64,000 bases of DNA from Malacoraja senta (taxonomy: Eukaryota): positions 24,490,001-24,554,000 of the forward strand of contig CM075986.1 of the NCBI GenBank assembly GCA_038087875.1, in the 5' to 3' direction. The position numbers and the translations under genes were made by a program. Positions within the stretch are counted from its first letter, which is position 1. Each line of letters starts with the position of its first letter. The notes beneath the pieces were generated by a model. That model did not search any database. It was not told the origin of the DNA and was given only the letters and a program-made list of their open reading frames with translations. This document shows, piece after piece, positions 54,300 through 64,000 of the stretch.

Positions 54300-54595
54300 A
54301 ACGCAGTGTAGAGTAACTGCTCACAGTTGAGTGCCAACTTTCACTTGAAACTTGTCTGCCCTCTTGGTTAGAAACAGGATATTCATAACACTATTTGAAA
54401 ATGAGTATAGGAATTCCATGGTGTCAGATTACAGATTTTGTCCATAATCAGAATGCTGTTATCTGGTCACTTGTGGTGGCTTGTGAGAATGTGATTCCTC
54501 TACCCCTTTCTACAGCAAATATCTTTCAGTACTTCAATGCACTTTGATGGTTTCTAAACTCTTGAGCAATTCCATACATATATAAAATGCAATGT
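54300..54595 (+). mobile_element. Highly decayed Deu-domain SINE
   Basis: GTCTGCCCTCT..CACTATTTGAA..TTATCTGGTCA..AGTACTTCA..TATAAAATGCAA resemble the DeuSINE core and L2 tail. Confidence 0.4.
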
Positions 54596-55309
54596 ACATG
54601 GAATGCAGCTAAATTCCACTGATTTTTAATTTTTAGCTTCAATGAAAACATTTGTGGTTATTTTGTTATTGTTATGAACAAGGACAAACGATAGTGAGCA
54701 ATAAGAATGGCTAAGCTCTTATTAAAACCTAAACCTACACTTTGTGGTCGCCCTGCTGCTTGCAATTTTAATTCCAAAGTTAAAAACTTGTTTGGAAACC
54801 TTGTTGGAGGGAAGATCAAGTGGGATTCCCGAGGGCAAATTGAAAAGGGTCAATTTGTTTTTAAACATTTCAAGCTGGTTCATTGTATTTGCACGACAGC
54901 ATGTTCCCTATTCTGAGTTTTCATCACCCTACAATCCAGTTTATTTATCATCTGTCACAAATACAAAAGTGTTCAATGACATTTGTGTTTGTACGTTTTG
55001 AATATGCGTCAACAAAAAATGTAATATTGAGTTCCTGTTTGCCATTACCTTTTGAAATGTTTTGCCACATACAAGCCAAGCTTTAAAAAGTTGAAAAGTT
55101 AAGCTTGAATGTCTTATGGAAGTAGAATTTCAGTGTTATTGAAGTATATCACCATGTTGTTAAACTTGCCAAAATTGCCCAGATTGTGCAGTCTAACCAG
55201 TAAATTTGGCTAAAGTATGTTCCAATATAATCACATAACTGCTTCAACGTACTACAGCTGTGAAATCCATAGCAGCTTGTTGACTTTCATAATCCAAGCA
55301 AAGAATGAC

Positions 55310-55925
55310 ATCACTTCTTCCTCCTCCTTTTCCTGCTTCCATCCAAGGACCCCAGCTGTTCTTCTAGGTGTGACAGGTTAATGTGCACCTCCTCTAACCT
55401 TATATACTGCATTTGGTGTTCATGATGTGGCCTCCTGTACGTTGAATTCTCCAATTTTAGGCTACCTCTAACACCAACCCCCATCTCCCCCCCCCCCCCC
55501 CCCCCCCTTTAGCAGAACGGTATGACCCAAACTGGAGAACCAACCAAATTTAAGGCATACAATTGGTCGCATGTCTATGGAACTCTGAATCACACCTGGA
55601 TTCCCACCTATTTCTCTCTTTTCCCCCCATACATTTTTTCTGGCTTCACAATTTTCAACTCTTCGAACTGTCTTTCTTGCACCTTCTGGCCTTTGTTCCA
55701 ACCATCTGCCTATCAACCCCCCCCAACCCTTGGATGTGTTCACCTATTAACCTGCCATGCTTTGTCCTAATTTTCCTCTCTCCCAGGTCTCTTTCCCCCC
55801 CCAAGTCAGTCTGAAGAAAGGTCCAGGCTATCCACATTCTCTAGGGATGCTGCCTGACCCACTGAGTTACTCCAGCGCTTTGCCCTTTGTGTAAACCAGC
55901 ATCTGCAGTTCCTTGGTTTCTACAC
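55310..55925 (+). mobile_element. Internally rearranged Penelope 3' fragment
   Basis: CCATCCAAGGACCCCAG..TACTGCATTTGGTGTTC GIY-YIG region, then 3' UTR and the CAGTCTGAAGAAAGG..CAGCATCTGCAGTTCC terminus. Confidence 0.7.
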
Positions 55926-56276
55926 TTCTCCCTTTGTTGCTTACCTCCTTGTAAGATCTTTAGCCTCTATGATCACTTGAACTTTGGTAGTATTGTTTTT
56001 GTGTAAGAATTTATTAAACTGATATCAGTAGAATACTTGTAATGCAGGATGAACACACATGGAAGGAAAAGTAAATTATTGTGTCTCGGCTCCTGTATAC
56101 CAATACGATTATACCTGGTCCTCTGTCTTAATTCCTTTTTCCTTGAATGTATTCCTTAGTTCCATTTAATATTCAAAATGGATTTGTTTTCTGTTTTGAA
56201 TATATTCAGCAGGTGAGTATCCACATAAAGTAAGAAATTAAGAATTTTTATATTTTCCTTTGTGACATCTCACCAG

Positions 56277-56393
56277 ATTGCAAAGCTCAGACAGCAACTC
56301 CAGCGCACCAAACTCAACAAGCAGCACGGCAGAGACAAAGAACGACAGTCGCCACTGCACGGAGATCATACTGCCATGGGTTTAGTACAGCAA
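56277..56393 (+). CDS. FAM117A: FAM117-family coding exon 4
   Basis: caccag| IAKLRQQLQRTKLNKQHGRDKERQSPLHGDHTAMGLVQQ |gtaaga. Confidence 0.92.
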
Positions 56394-57123
56394 GTAAGAT
56401 GCAATTCCTTGTCAAATGGACTTTGACTGTATGATAGTGATTTAGAGTTTAACTAAGTTTTATTTAAATCCAATGTAACCTAGATGATCAATCTCCATAG
56501 ACACGGGACCAATTGTATGCCTTAAATATGGTTTTCCAGTTTGAATCATACTGATTTGCAAACATCTTGAAATGTGTATTGGGGGGAACAAAGCATTCTG
56601 CCAGTTTTAATTGTCTGAACTTGGTCTTGAATATTGATTGCTGAAATACAGGAGATCTTTAGTTTACTTTTCAGAAAAAAAATTATACAAGTATTGCATA
56701 AAGGAGAAGTGTACTGAAGACCCCATTTCTATTTACAATTTATCTACTGTAATCTTTAGAAATGTTTCCACATCAATCCACATAATTCCAGTTTTAAATG
56801 GCAATATTTTATCTTTTTATGGTTTATTTAATAATATTTATATGATATACTCTTGTGGTATTCAGGACTATTTTGAGTATCTCAACATGGTTGTGAATCA
56901 TTTAGATTATGAAGTTATCATTTGTATTTGACGTTAACTCTATGATAAAACATAGGTTTATCCTGTGAGAATTTTTTCGAAAGATCAAATTTGTCTATAA
57001 ATAAGTTAATAGTACCTGCAAATAAGTTAATTATTCTATTGGTGTGTGCTCTTTAAAACTGTAAACATTATGTTTTCATTGAATTTTTGTTGTTTTTAAT
57101 AACATTACATTCATCTTCAAAAG

Positions 57124-57267
57124 GGAACTTCCAAGTTTGTACCGATTTTGCCAGCAAACCTTGCAATCACAAAGTTAATTCCACGACTTAGGAACAGCTT
57201 GGAAGCAATAAATCAGGAAATTGAAGGGATGTTTATAAAAGAACCTGGAGATAAAGAGTTACTGAGG
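57124..57267 (+). CDS. FAM117A: FAM117-family coding exon 5
   Basis: aaag| GTSKFVPILPANLAITKLIPRLRNSLEAINQEIEGMFIKEPGDKELLR |gtatgt; phase 0/0. Confidence 0.85.
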
Positions 57268-58060
57268 GTATGTATATTTAAACTATCGCTTGAATGTTTT
57301 GTTTATAGGCAACTCCTGTGTTCCAGCTGCTTGAATAATTATTCATCACAGAAATTGTAAATCACTTTTTCAATTTGTGCTGCTTAACATGTGCAGGTCA
57401 TGGAAAATTCCAATACAGACAGACCCTTTTCTAGCGACCCAATCCCTTGCCCCCCTCAGCCCCATAATGTAGTGTTGCCTATACATCCAATTGCACGTTA
57501 TTGAATATGGGACATGGTGATTTTAGAAGTTGGCTTCAAATGAGTTGCGTAGTGATAGTAGGAAAGTAGTAGCTCGAACTTTCAATGTATTAATCCTGTT
57601 AGAAGTCTCGAGTGAATGTGTGAGAATTATTGCAGAATTATATTGGGAATTACGTGTGGGAAATATCACATCCTTGTCCATGATAGCCTTCCGCATGATT
57701 AATGGTCTCAAATCCAAGTGAACAGGCTCATCTGATTGTAATTTTAATTCATCTTGGTTCCTGCTTTTTGAGATTCAAGGTTGAGTTCCACTGTATCTTG
57801 AGCCCACGTAATAGCAATTCATTGCCATAAAGAAATGTGTAGGAATTATAGAATTCATCCTTGTCAGGGATAGTACTCGGGGCTCTCACTTAACCTTTTT
57901 TCTCTGTTGCCAGCCGGGCAACCTTGACAGCTTTTTAGGTTGCCAAATGACAGTTTAGGTGGTCATTTAAGACGGTTTGCATGACGCGTGTGATAATGTG
58001 CTCAGACGAAGTGCGTAGTTACCAGTCGGAATTATGCTCAATGAAGCATTCACATATTAT

Positions 58061-58277
58061 GTTCAAGAAGGAACTGCAGATGCTGGAAAATCGAAGGTAG
58101 ACAAAAGTACTGGAGAAACTCAGCGGGTGCAGCAGCATTTATGGAGCGAAGGAAATAGGCAACGTTTCAGGTCGAAACCCATCAATCTGAAGAAGGGTTT
58201 CGGCCCGAAACGTTGCCTATTTCCTTCGCTCCATAGATGCTGCCGCATCCGCTGAGTTTCTCCAGCACTTTTGTCTA
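58061..58277. mobile_element. Penelope-derived fold-back element with hammerhead core, 14-bp TSD
   Basis: CATTCACATATTAT at 58047-58060 and 58278-58291; core CTGAAGA-A-GGGT(TTCG)GCCC-GAAAC-GTT from 58187. Confidence 0.85.
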
Positions 58278-59069
58278 CATTCACATATTATTTCTGCTTC
58301 AAATAACTCACAAACTAAACATATTCACCAGTCAAGACATGATATATACCACAATGACATACAATATCTCAACTCTTTTTACACATTGCAATTAATGCAA
58401 TTTCTATTAGTTCTTTCCACTTCCAAACAAAAATGTGGTTGGATTATTCAGCATATGATCAACCTGTGTCAATAAATCCTGGACCATGGTAACATAAATG
58501 CTTAACCATGCACACTACAGATTGATGCAAGCATGTTCTCGGTGCAAGACCGAAAATTATCATGACATGGCCTTAGCATGGGTCATTATTGCTATTGGTA
58601 CAGAACCACTCTCGCTTCCCACATAATTTATCCATAACAAAATATACAGGTTGCAAGGAAATTTCTAAAGGCATTTTATGATAATAGCTGTTAAAACCGA
58701 CTATACCCATCTGACAGGTTAAACATTACAGTAACAGACAAGAGATGGCCAAAGTACATAACTGCAGCAAATGTTCTTTTGGTAATATGTTTAAAGGTGT
58801 CAAAACAAATAATAACATTGGGAATTAAAACACATTTGATTGCATTGTGTAGGAATTATAGAATTCCTGCATTATGTTATCAAACATAATCAATGTTCGC
58901 TCTGAAGACCATGAAGCACAATTGGGTCAGGTGGGGGGGGGGTGTAAATCAATGCGGGGCGGATAGATGGCGGGGGGGGGGAGGGGGTTGAGAAGGCAAT
59001 CGGTGCGGGATGGATTGAGGCAGGTGAATTAGTACGTGTTGGTTGGAGTACATAAAATTGTGGGGAGAG

Positions 59070-59600
59070 CACGGGGGATGTCAGTGGTGTTGGATGGGGG
59101 GGATCAGTACAGGATGAATGGGGGTAGACAAAAATGCTGGAGTAACTCAGCGGGTGAGGCAGCATCTATGGAGCGAAGGAAATAGGCAACGTCTCGGGTC
59201 GAGACCCTTCTTCAGACAGGATCAGTACAGGATGAATGGGGGGGGGGGTGGGGGTCAGGGGTCAGGACAGTGTGGATCGGAGGGTCTGTGCAGGATGAAT
59301 GGGGGATCACTACAGGATGAATGAGGGGATCAGTATAGGATGAATGGGGGATCAGTACAGGATGCATGAGGGGATCAGTACAGGATGAATGGAGGATCAG
59401 TAAAAGATGAATGGGGAGATCACTACAGGATGGATGGGGGGGTTGGTGCAGGGTAAATGGAGGGTGGGTCAGTACGGGATAAATGGGAGGATCAGTGCAG
59501 TATGAATGGGGGGAGAAGTGCAGGATGGATGGGAAGGGGGGGGTCAGTACAGGATGAATTGGGGGACTAGTGTAGGATGGATGGGGGGGTGGCAGGAGAA
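59070..59600 (+). repeat. G-rich minisatellite, about 22-bp unit GGGGGATCAGTACAGGATGAAT
   Basis: More than 15 degenerate tandem copies; interrupted by a Penelope fragment at about 59124-59216. Confidence 0.9.
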
Positions 59601-59874
59601 TCAATGCGAGGTGGGTAGGGTGATAAATAGATTGAGGGGGGGGAAGAGGCAAAGGAGGTGGGGAGGAAGGAAGGTCAGCGCTCCTCGGACAACATCGCCC
59701 CGCTGCCTTGGCCGTCCCTGTCCAACGCCAAAGTGCCGCCGCCAAAGGGGGTGGCGATTTGGGACTCCTCGCCACCGCCTGCCCTCCTCCGCCAGCTGAC
59801 AGCAAGGTGCGGGGCCCAGCGGTGCAGCTCAAAGATCCTGTAGCTATAGGACCTTTGGTGCAGCTGCTTCAGAC

Positions 59875-60092
59875 GGCGGAAGGAGGCCTCCGCCTCCCCC
59901 TCCCTCCCTCCTCCCGGCCTCGGCGTGTGAGAGGGGTTGTTTTGAAAGCGCCGTTGGTGGATTTGCAGGCAGCGGCCGTTATCAAGTCTACAGTGGCCGC
60001 TGCTTGCAAATCCGCCAACGGCGCTTTCAAAACAACCCCTGTTGCACTCCGAGGCCGGGAGAAGGGAGAGAGAGAGAGGCCTCCTTCTGCCG
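59875..60092. repeat. Long GC-rich inverted repeat (about 100-bp arms, 17-nt spacer)
   Basis: AGGGGTTGTTTTGAAAGCGCCGTTGGTGGATTTGCAGGCAGCGGCC pairs with GGCCGCTGCTTGCAAATCCGCCAACGGCGCTTTCAAAACAACCCCT. Confidence 0.9.
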
Positions 60093-61124
60093 GGCGTGGT
60101 GCGGGAGGAGGAGGCGGTGGTGCCGCTGTTCGGGGCCCGTCATTCGCTCCGACCCTTCGTCACCACGAAACGTCACGTCCCTATTCTCCAGAGATGCTGC
60201 CTGACCCGCGGAGTTACTCCAGTTTTTTGTATCTATCGGTGTAAACCAGTATTTGATTGCCAAGCAGGGCAAAATAAATCGGTGTTTAGGTTGATCGGAG
60301 GCACTTTGGGTGGTCAATGGCACCCGGGCAACCGCTGATTTCGAGCCCTGGTAGTTATTATTACAATAGTGATTAAGCTGCCAAAATACCTTTTGTTAGC
60401 TGTGAAACACTTTCTGTTCTTGGACATGTTTTCAAAGATTAAATGGCACTATTAAAATTAATTCAATTGCCAATTCACTTATTCAAGTTGACAGTTGACC
60501 TTTGTGAAATAGGTGAAGCTGAGAATTATCTTTTGTACACTTTGCAATGTTTTATAACTGAAGTATCAGCAGCAGATAATGCGCACAATCTAATAAACTA
60601 ATTTGATAAGTGGTTAGTTAAATTATTTCTGAAGTATTTTAAGGAGAGAATATTGCCTTTGGCACCAGGTCCTTGTAGTCACCCACTCCAATGCCAGATA
60701 TCAGGTGAAGTTAGATAACACGCAATACGTTACTGTTTTATTAAAATTGTATGGGAAATCGTTTGGAATCTTTTCTTTTGGGGGAGGAGTGTGAGAATGG
60801 GTAATTCCACTGCGCTGGTTCCTTCAGTGGGGGAGAAAAAACATTTTATTGTGCGGATCTTGTGGCTGTGCAGATGCAAGTTATCACCAGATGGTTTGTT
60901 TCGGTGGCTTTAATTTCAAAGGTGAATTTTCGCAACGTGTGAACCCAGGGGCTTGTGATATGATTAAAATACAGTGCAGTATACTATCTGTGTTTATTTA
61001 AAGTTTAAAATATTTTCAATCGGCACTTATCTCTGAAACAGTGGTTAATATGTTTTATTTGTTTGTGATTTGGACTTTTCTACCTTAGCGTCACTTTATC
61101 CTCTTTCCTGTTCCTACTTTGTAG

Positions 61125-61344
61125 ATTATGGATGCACCGGATGGGCACAGGGCACCCTTCCCTTCCCAGCGTTCCAGCAGCATTTCTCAGAGTGACCTTT
61201 CTCCTGTACCTCTTGACCAGACCAGTGGCCATAGCAGTCCCTCTCCATATCCATCCCCATCCCCATCTCCTTCATATCCAAATGGAATCCAGGAAGAGGG
61301 ACCTTGTATCATTGAAGATGTGTCATTTTTCATTCGAGATAAAG
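61125..61344 (+). CDS. FAM117A: FAM117-family coding exon 6 (gene continues beyond the window)
   Basis: ctttgtag| IMDAPDGHRAPFPSQRSSS..EEGPCIIEDVSFFIRDK G|gtaaga; DxPDGHRAP motif. Confidence 0.92.
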
Positions 61345-61452
61345 GTAAGACCAAGATGGATAAATATTGTGACTTAATATATAGATCAAATGTTTTCTGA
61401 CATAAAAATGAGTGGTTTTGTACAAAGCTCTATTGTAATGCCGACCAAGATT

Positions 61453-61580
61453 GTCTGAAGAAGGATCTCAACCCGAAACGTCGCCTATTCCTTTGCTCCA
61501 TAAATGCTGCCTCACCCGCTGAGTTTCTCCAGCTTTTTTGTCTACTTTTGATTTTTCCAGCATCTGCAGTTCTTTCTTAA
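61453..61580 (+). mobile_element. Hammerhead-bearing Penelope-derived short element
   Basis: GTCTGAAGAAGGATCTCAACCCGAAACGTC..CCAGCATCTGCAGTTCTTTCTT. Confidence 0.8.
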
Positions 61581-61732
61581 GCTTGGATAATGAATTGATT
61601 CTCTTTTTTACAAATGTTCATGTCTATTTTGTCTGCAACTCAAGGTACAATCATACTAACCATAGCTCCATAATGTTGCAATGAATGGCAATTAAAAGCA
61701 CAATACTGATAAAGAACAAGTCAACGAGAGAG

Positions 61733-63408
61733 AAGTCAAGTCAATTTATTTGTACAGCACATTTAAAAACAACTCGCGTTGACCAAAGTGCTGTGCATCA
61801 GTTACTAATGTGCTACATACAACGGTACACAGACCTAACAATACATACATAAACTGTTTACAGCACCCCCTCAGAGGGCCTCATAAACGCTAGGGAGTAG
61901 AAATAGGTTCTCAGCCTCGATTTAAAGAAATTGATGGAGGGGGCAGTTCTGATGAGGAGAGGGATGCTGTTCCACAGTCTAGGTGCTGCAACCACAAAAG
62001 CGCGGTCACCCCTGAGCTTAAACCTAGACCGTGGGATAGTCAGTAGCCCAAGTCGGCCAACCTGAGGGACCTGGAGGTAGAATGGTAGGTTAGAAGATTT
62101 TTGATATGGGTGGGGGGCAAGCCCGTTAAGGGCTTTGTATATGAATAAGAGGAGCTTGAAGTTGATTCTGTACCGTACTGGGAGCCAGTGGAGAGAGGCC
62201 AGAATCGGGGTGATGTGGTCCCTTTTACGGGTACCCGTCAGAAGTCTCGATGCCAGTGTATAGGGAGTTGCAGTAGTCATGGCGGGAGGAGAGGAATGTG
62301 TGGATGATTTTTTCAAGGTCGTCGAATTGGAGGAATGGTTTGATTTTAGCTATGGTACAAAGCTGGAAGAAACTAGCTTTTACCACAGAGTTGACTTGTT
62401 TGTCAAACTTTAATGCGAAGTCAAATATCACACCAAGGTTTTTGACGTGCGGTTTGACTAAGGAGATTAGGCTTCCAAGGCTGCCTATTATCGTTTTGAT
62501 GGACTCGGATGGGCCGAGTAGGATGACCTCAGACTTGCTCTCGTTTAGTTGGAGGAAGTTCTGTGCCGTCCAACATTTTATGTCCTCGAGGCAGTGCATG
62601 AGGCTGATTAAATTTGACCGGTTGTTGGTTTCAGGGGGAGATAGAGCTGTGTGTCATCTGCATAACAGTGGAAAGAAATGCCATGCCTTTGAATGACTTG
62701 GCCGAGGAGGAGCATGTTCAGAGAGAAGAGAATGGGGCCTAGGATGGAGCCTTGTGGCACCCCACAGAAAAGGCTAGCTGGGGAAGAGAAAGAATTGCCT
62801 ATGTTTGTAGAGAAACTCCTATTTTTGAGGTAGGAAACGAACCAGCTCAGGGTAGTGCCATCAACACCAACCCCGTACCGGGCTGGTCAATTAGGATGGT
62901 GTGGTCCACTGTATCAAACGCTGTGCTGAGGTCGAGAAGGAGCAGGATTGCAGTCGTCGGAGTCGATGTCGAGAAGTAGGTCGTTGTGTACCCTCAAGGC
63001 AGACTGGGATGATCGAACGGAGAGAGGCATACCTGAGCTCAAGGGACCGCCGATGGATGGAGCGGTAAGGCCGACCAGGTCCGGCTTCACAGCGCTGGGT
63101 GAAGTAGGCTGATGTTGGGTGAGCGCGGGCGAGATTCTTCAGCTTTTCCAGAGCGCCCGCGTGTTTACTCCGCCTCCTGGCTCGGTTCGTGCGGCGATGA
63201 CTAAGGCCGGGCCCGCACACCTACCGGGAGTTGAGCGAGGAGCGATTGTTGGAGGAAGTTTTGTCCGGAGCCTTGGATGAAGAAGTCGACGACAGAGGCT
63301 CGGATGTTCAGGAGTGTTTTGTGTTCGTAGGCTAAGACTGCCTGCAGATCATGCGGATGTTGAGGCGAGCGTCGACAGGCAGCCAGACACAACGGCGCGG
63401 CCATCAAG
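61733..63408 (-). mobile_element. Internally deleted L2-clade LINE retaining 5' and 3' ends
   Basis: RT motifs LLDLSTAFDTVDH, KNLGVIFD, LASLHWLPVRYRINFKLLL; (GACTT)n tail at 61733-61744; 5' segment YEHKTLLNIR..RRRSKHAGALEKL. Confidence 0.85.
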
Positions 63409-64000
63409 GAAAACTAGTTCTGCCTTTCGTAGAGTGAATGTGTATGCATGTCAGACATTTCAATTTAATAATATTAGGAAAGCTCTCATATTTAGGTTGT
63501 CCATAAATTGAGCATTTGTAACCTGGGGAGATACTAACAAATTGGATTCTTTGTATTTTTCCATGGCATTTGACAATCTTTATGCTACAAGAGTTAAAGA
63601 TTGTATGCAAATAATTGTTACGGTAATTGTGTTGAAGTGCTCTGATCACTAAGATGGCTGTCTCAATGCCTGCAAGGGATCAATCATTTCTGAAATTCCC
63701 TTGCAAGTTGCCAAAGTTTCTCTGAATGCATGCAATACCAAAATTACGCTCTTGACTATTTAATAAAAGCAACAGATTCCCAACCCTTTACTGGCTCTTT
63801 TATATCTTATCTTAATTGTGTCCTTCTGTTGTAAGTCGATGTGGTAGTAAATTTGTGCATTATATTCCTAGGTTGCTTTTTTTGTTATTTTTACGTTGTG
63901 CAAAAGTAATTTCTGGGTTTTCGGCACTTGAAAAGCGGGTGAATAGATTTCACTCCAGAATTATCTGTGCATTAACCTGTCCAAAGCACTAGTTTGCTAA

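Larger units (their letters stand above)
57878..60350. mobile_element. Putative non-autonomous hAT-like DNA transposon with nested repeats
   Basis: Imperfect TIRs CGGGGCTCTCACTTAAC and reverse complement CAGGGCTCGAAATCAGC; subterminal GGGCAACC/GGTTGCC motifs at both ends; degenerate 8-bp flanks ATAGTACT / GTAGTTAT. Confidence 0.55.

Noticed and set aside
59212-60338. ORFs of 206 and 178 aa and neighbours
   Set aside because: Derived from the 22-bp minisatellite and the GC-rich palindrome; no domain motifs

Overview
Eukaryotic, AT-rich, repeat-dense vertebrate DNA. The repeat families (HE1-like V-SINEs, CR1, Penelope, Rex1/Babar, L2) point to a cartilaginous fish, probably a skate or ray (inference). 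One host gene is recognisable, on the + strand: a GLCCI1/FAM117-family gene, best matching FAM117A. It has a CpG-island promoter at about 22.3-23.5 kb and six coding exons (23141-23491, 32163-32311, 53255-53344, 56277-56393, 57124-57267, 61125-61344); its 3' exons lie beyond the window. Almost all other ORFs in the track are spurious or transposon-derived. The most striking non-coding signal is a family of about 25 Penelope-derived 3' fragments carrying a minimal hammerhead-ribozyme core (CTGAAGA-A-stem II-GAAAC-GTC). Many begin at that core, have 8-15 bp target-site duplications (TSDs), and often form fold-back hairpins, so they look like a short non-autonomous ribozyme-bearing retroelement family. 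Other notable items: a reading-frame conflict between exons 1 and 2, a GC-AG intron, a possible divergent spliced transcript, a young GC-rich Vingi-like LINE, an internally deleted L2, a four-layer TE nest, and a composite hAT-like element holding a ~100-bp-arm hairpin. No prokaryotic systems, CRISPR arrays, rRNA or intact tRNA genes were seen. Family assignments and paralog comparisons come from motif recall, not database searches, and TE boundaries are approximate unless TSDs or TIRs are quoted.
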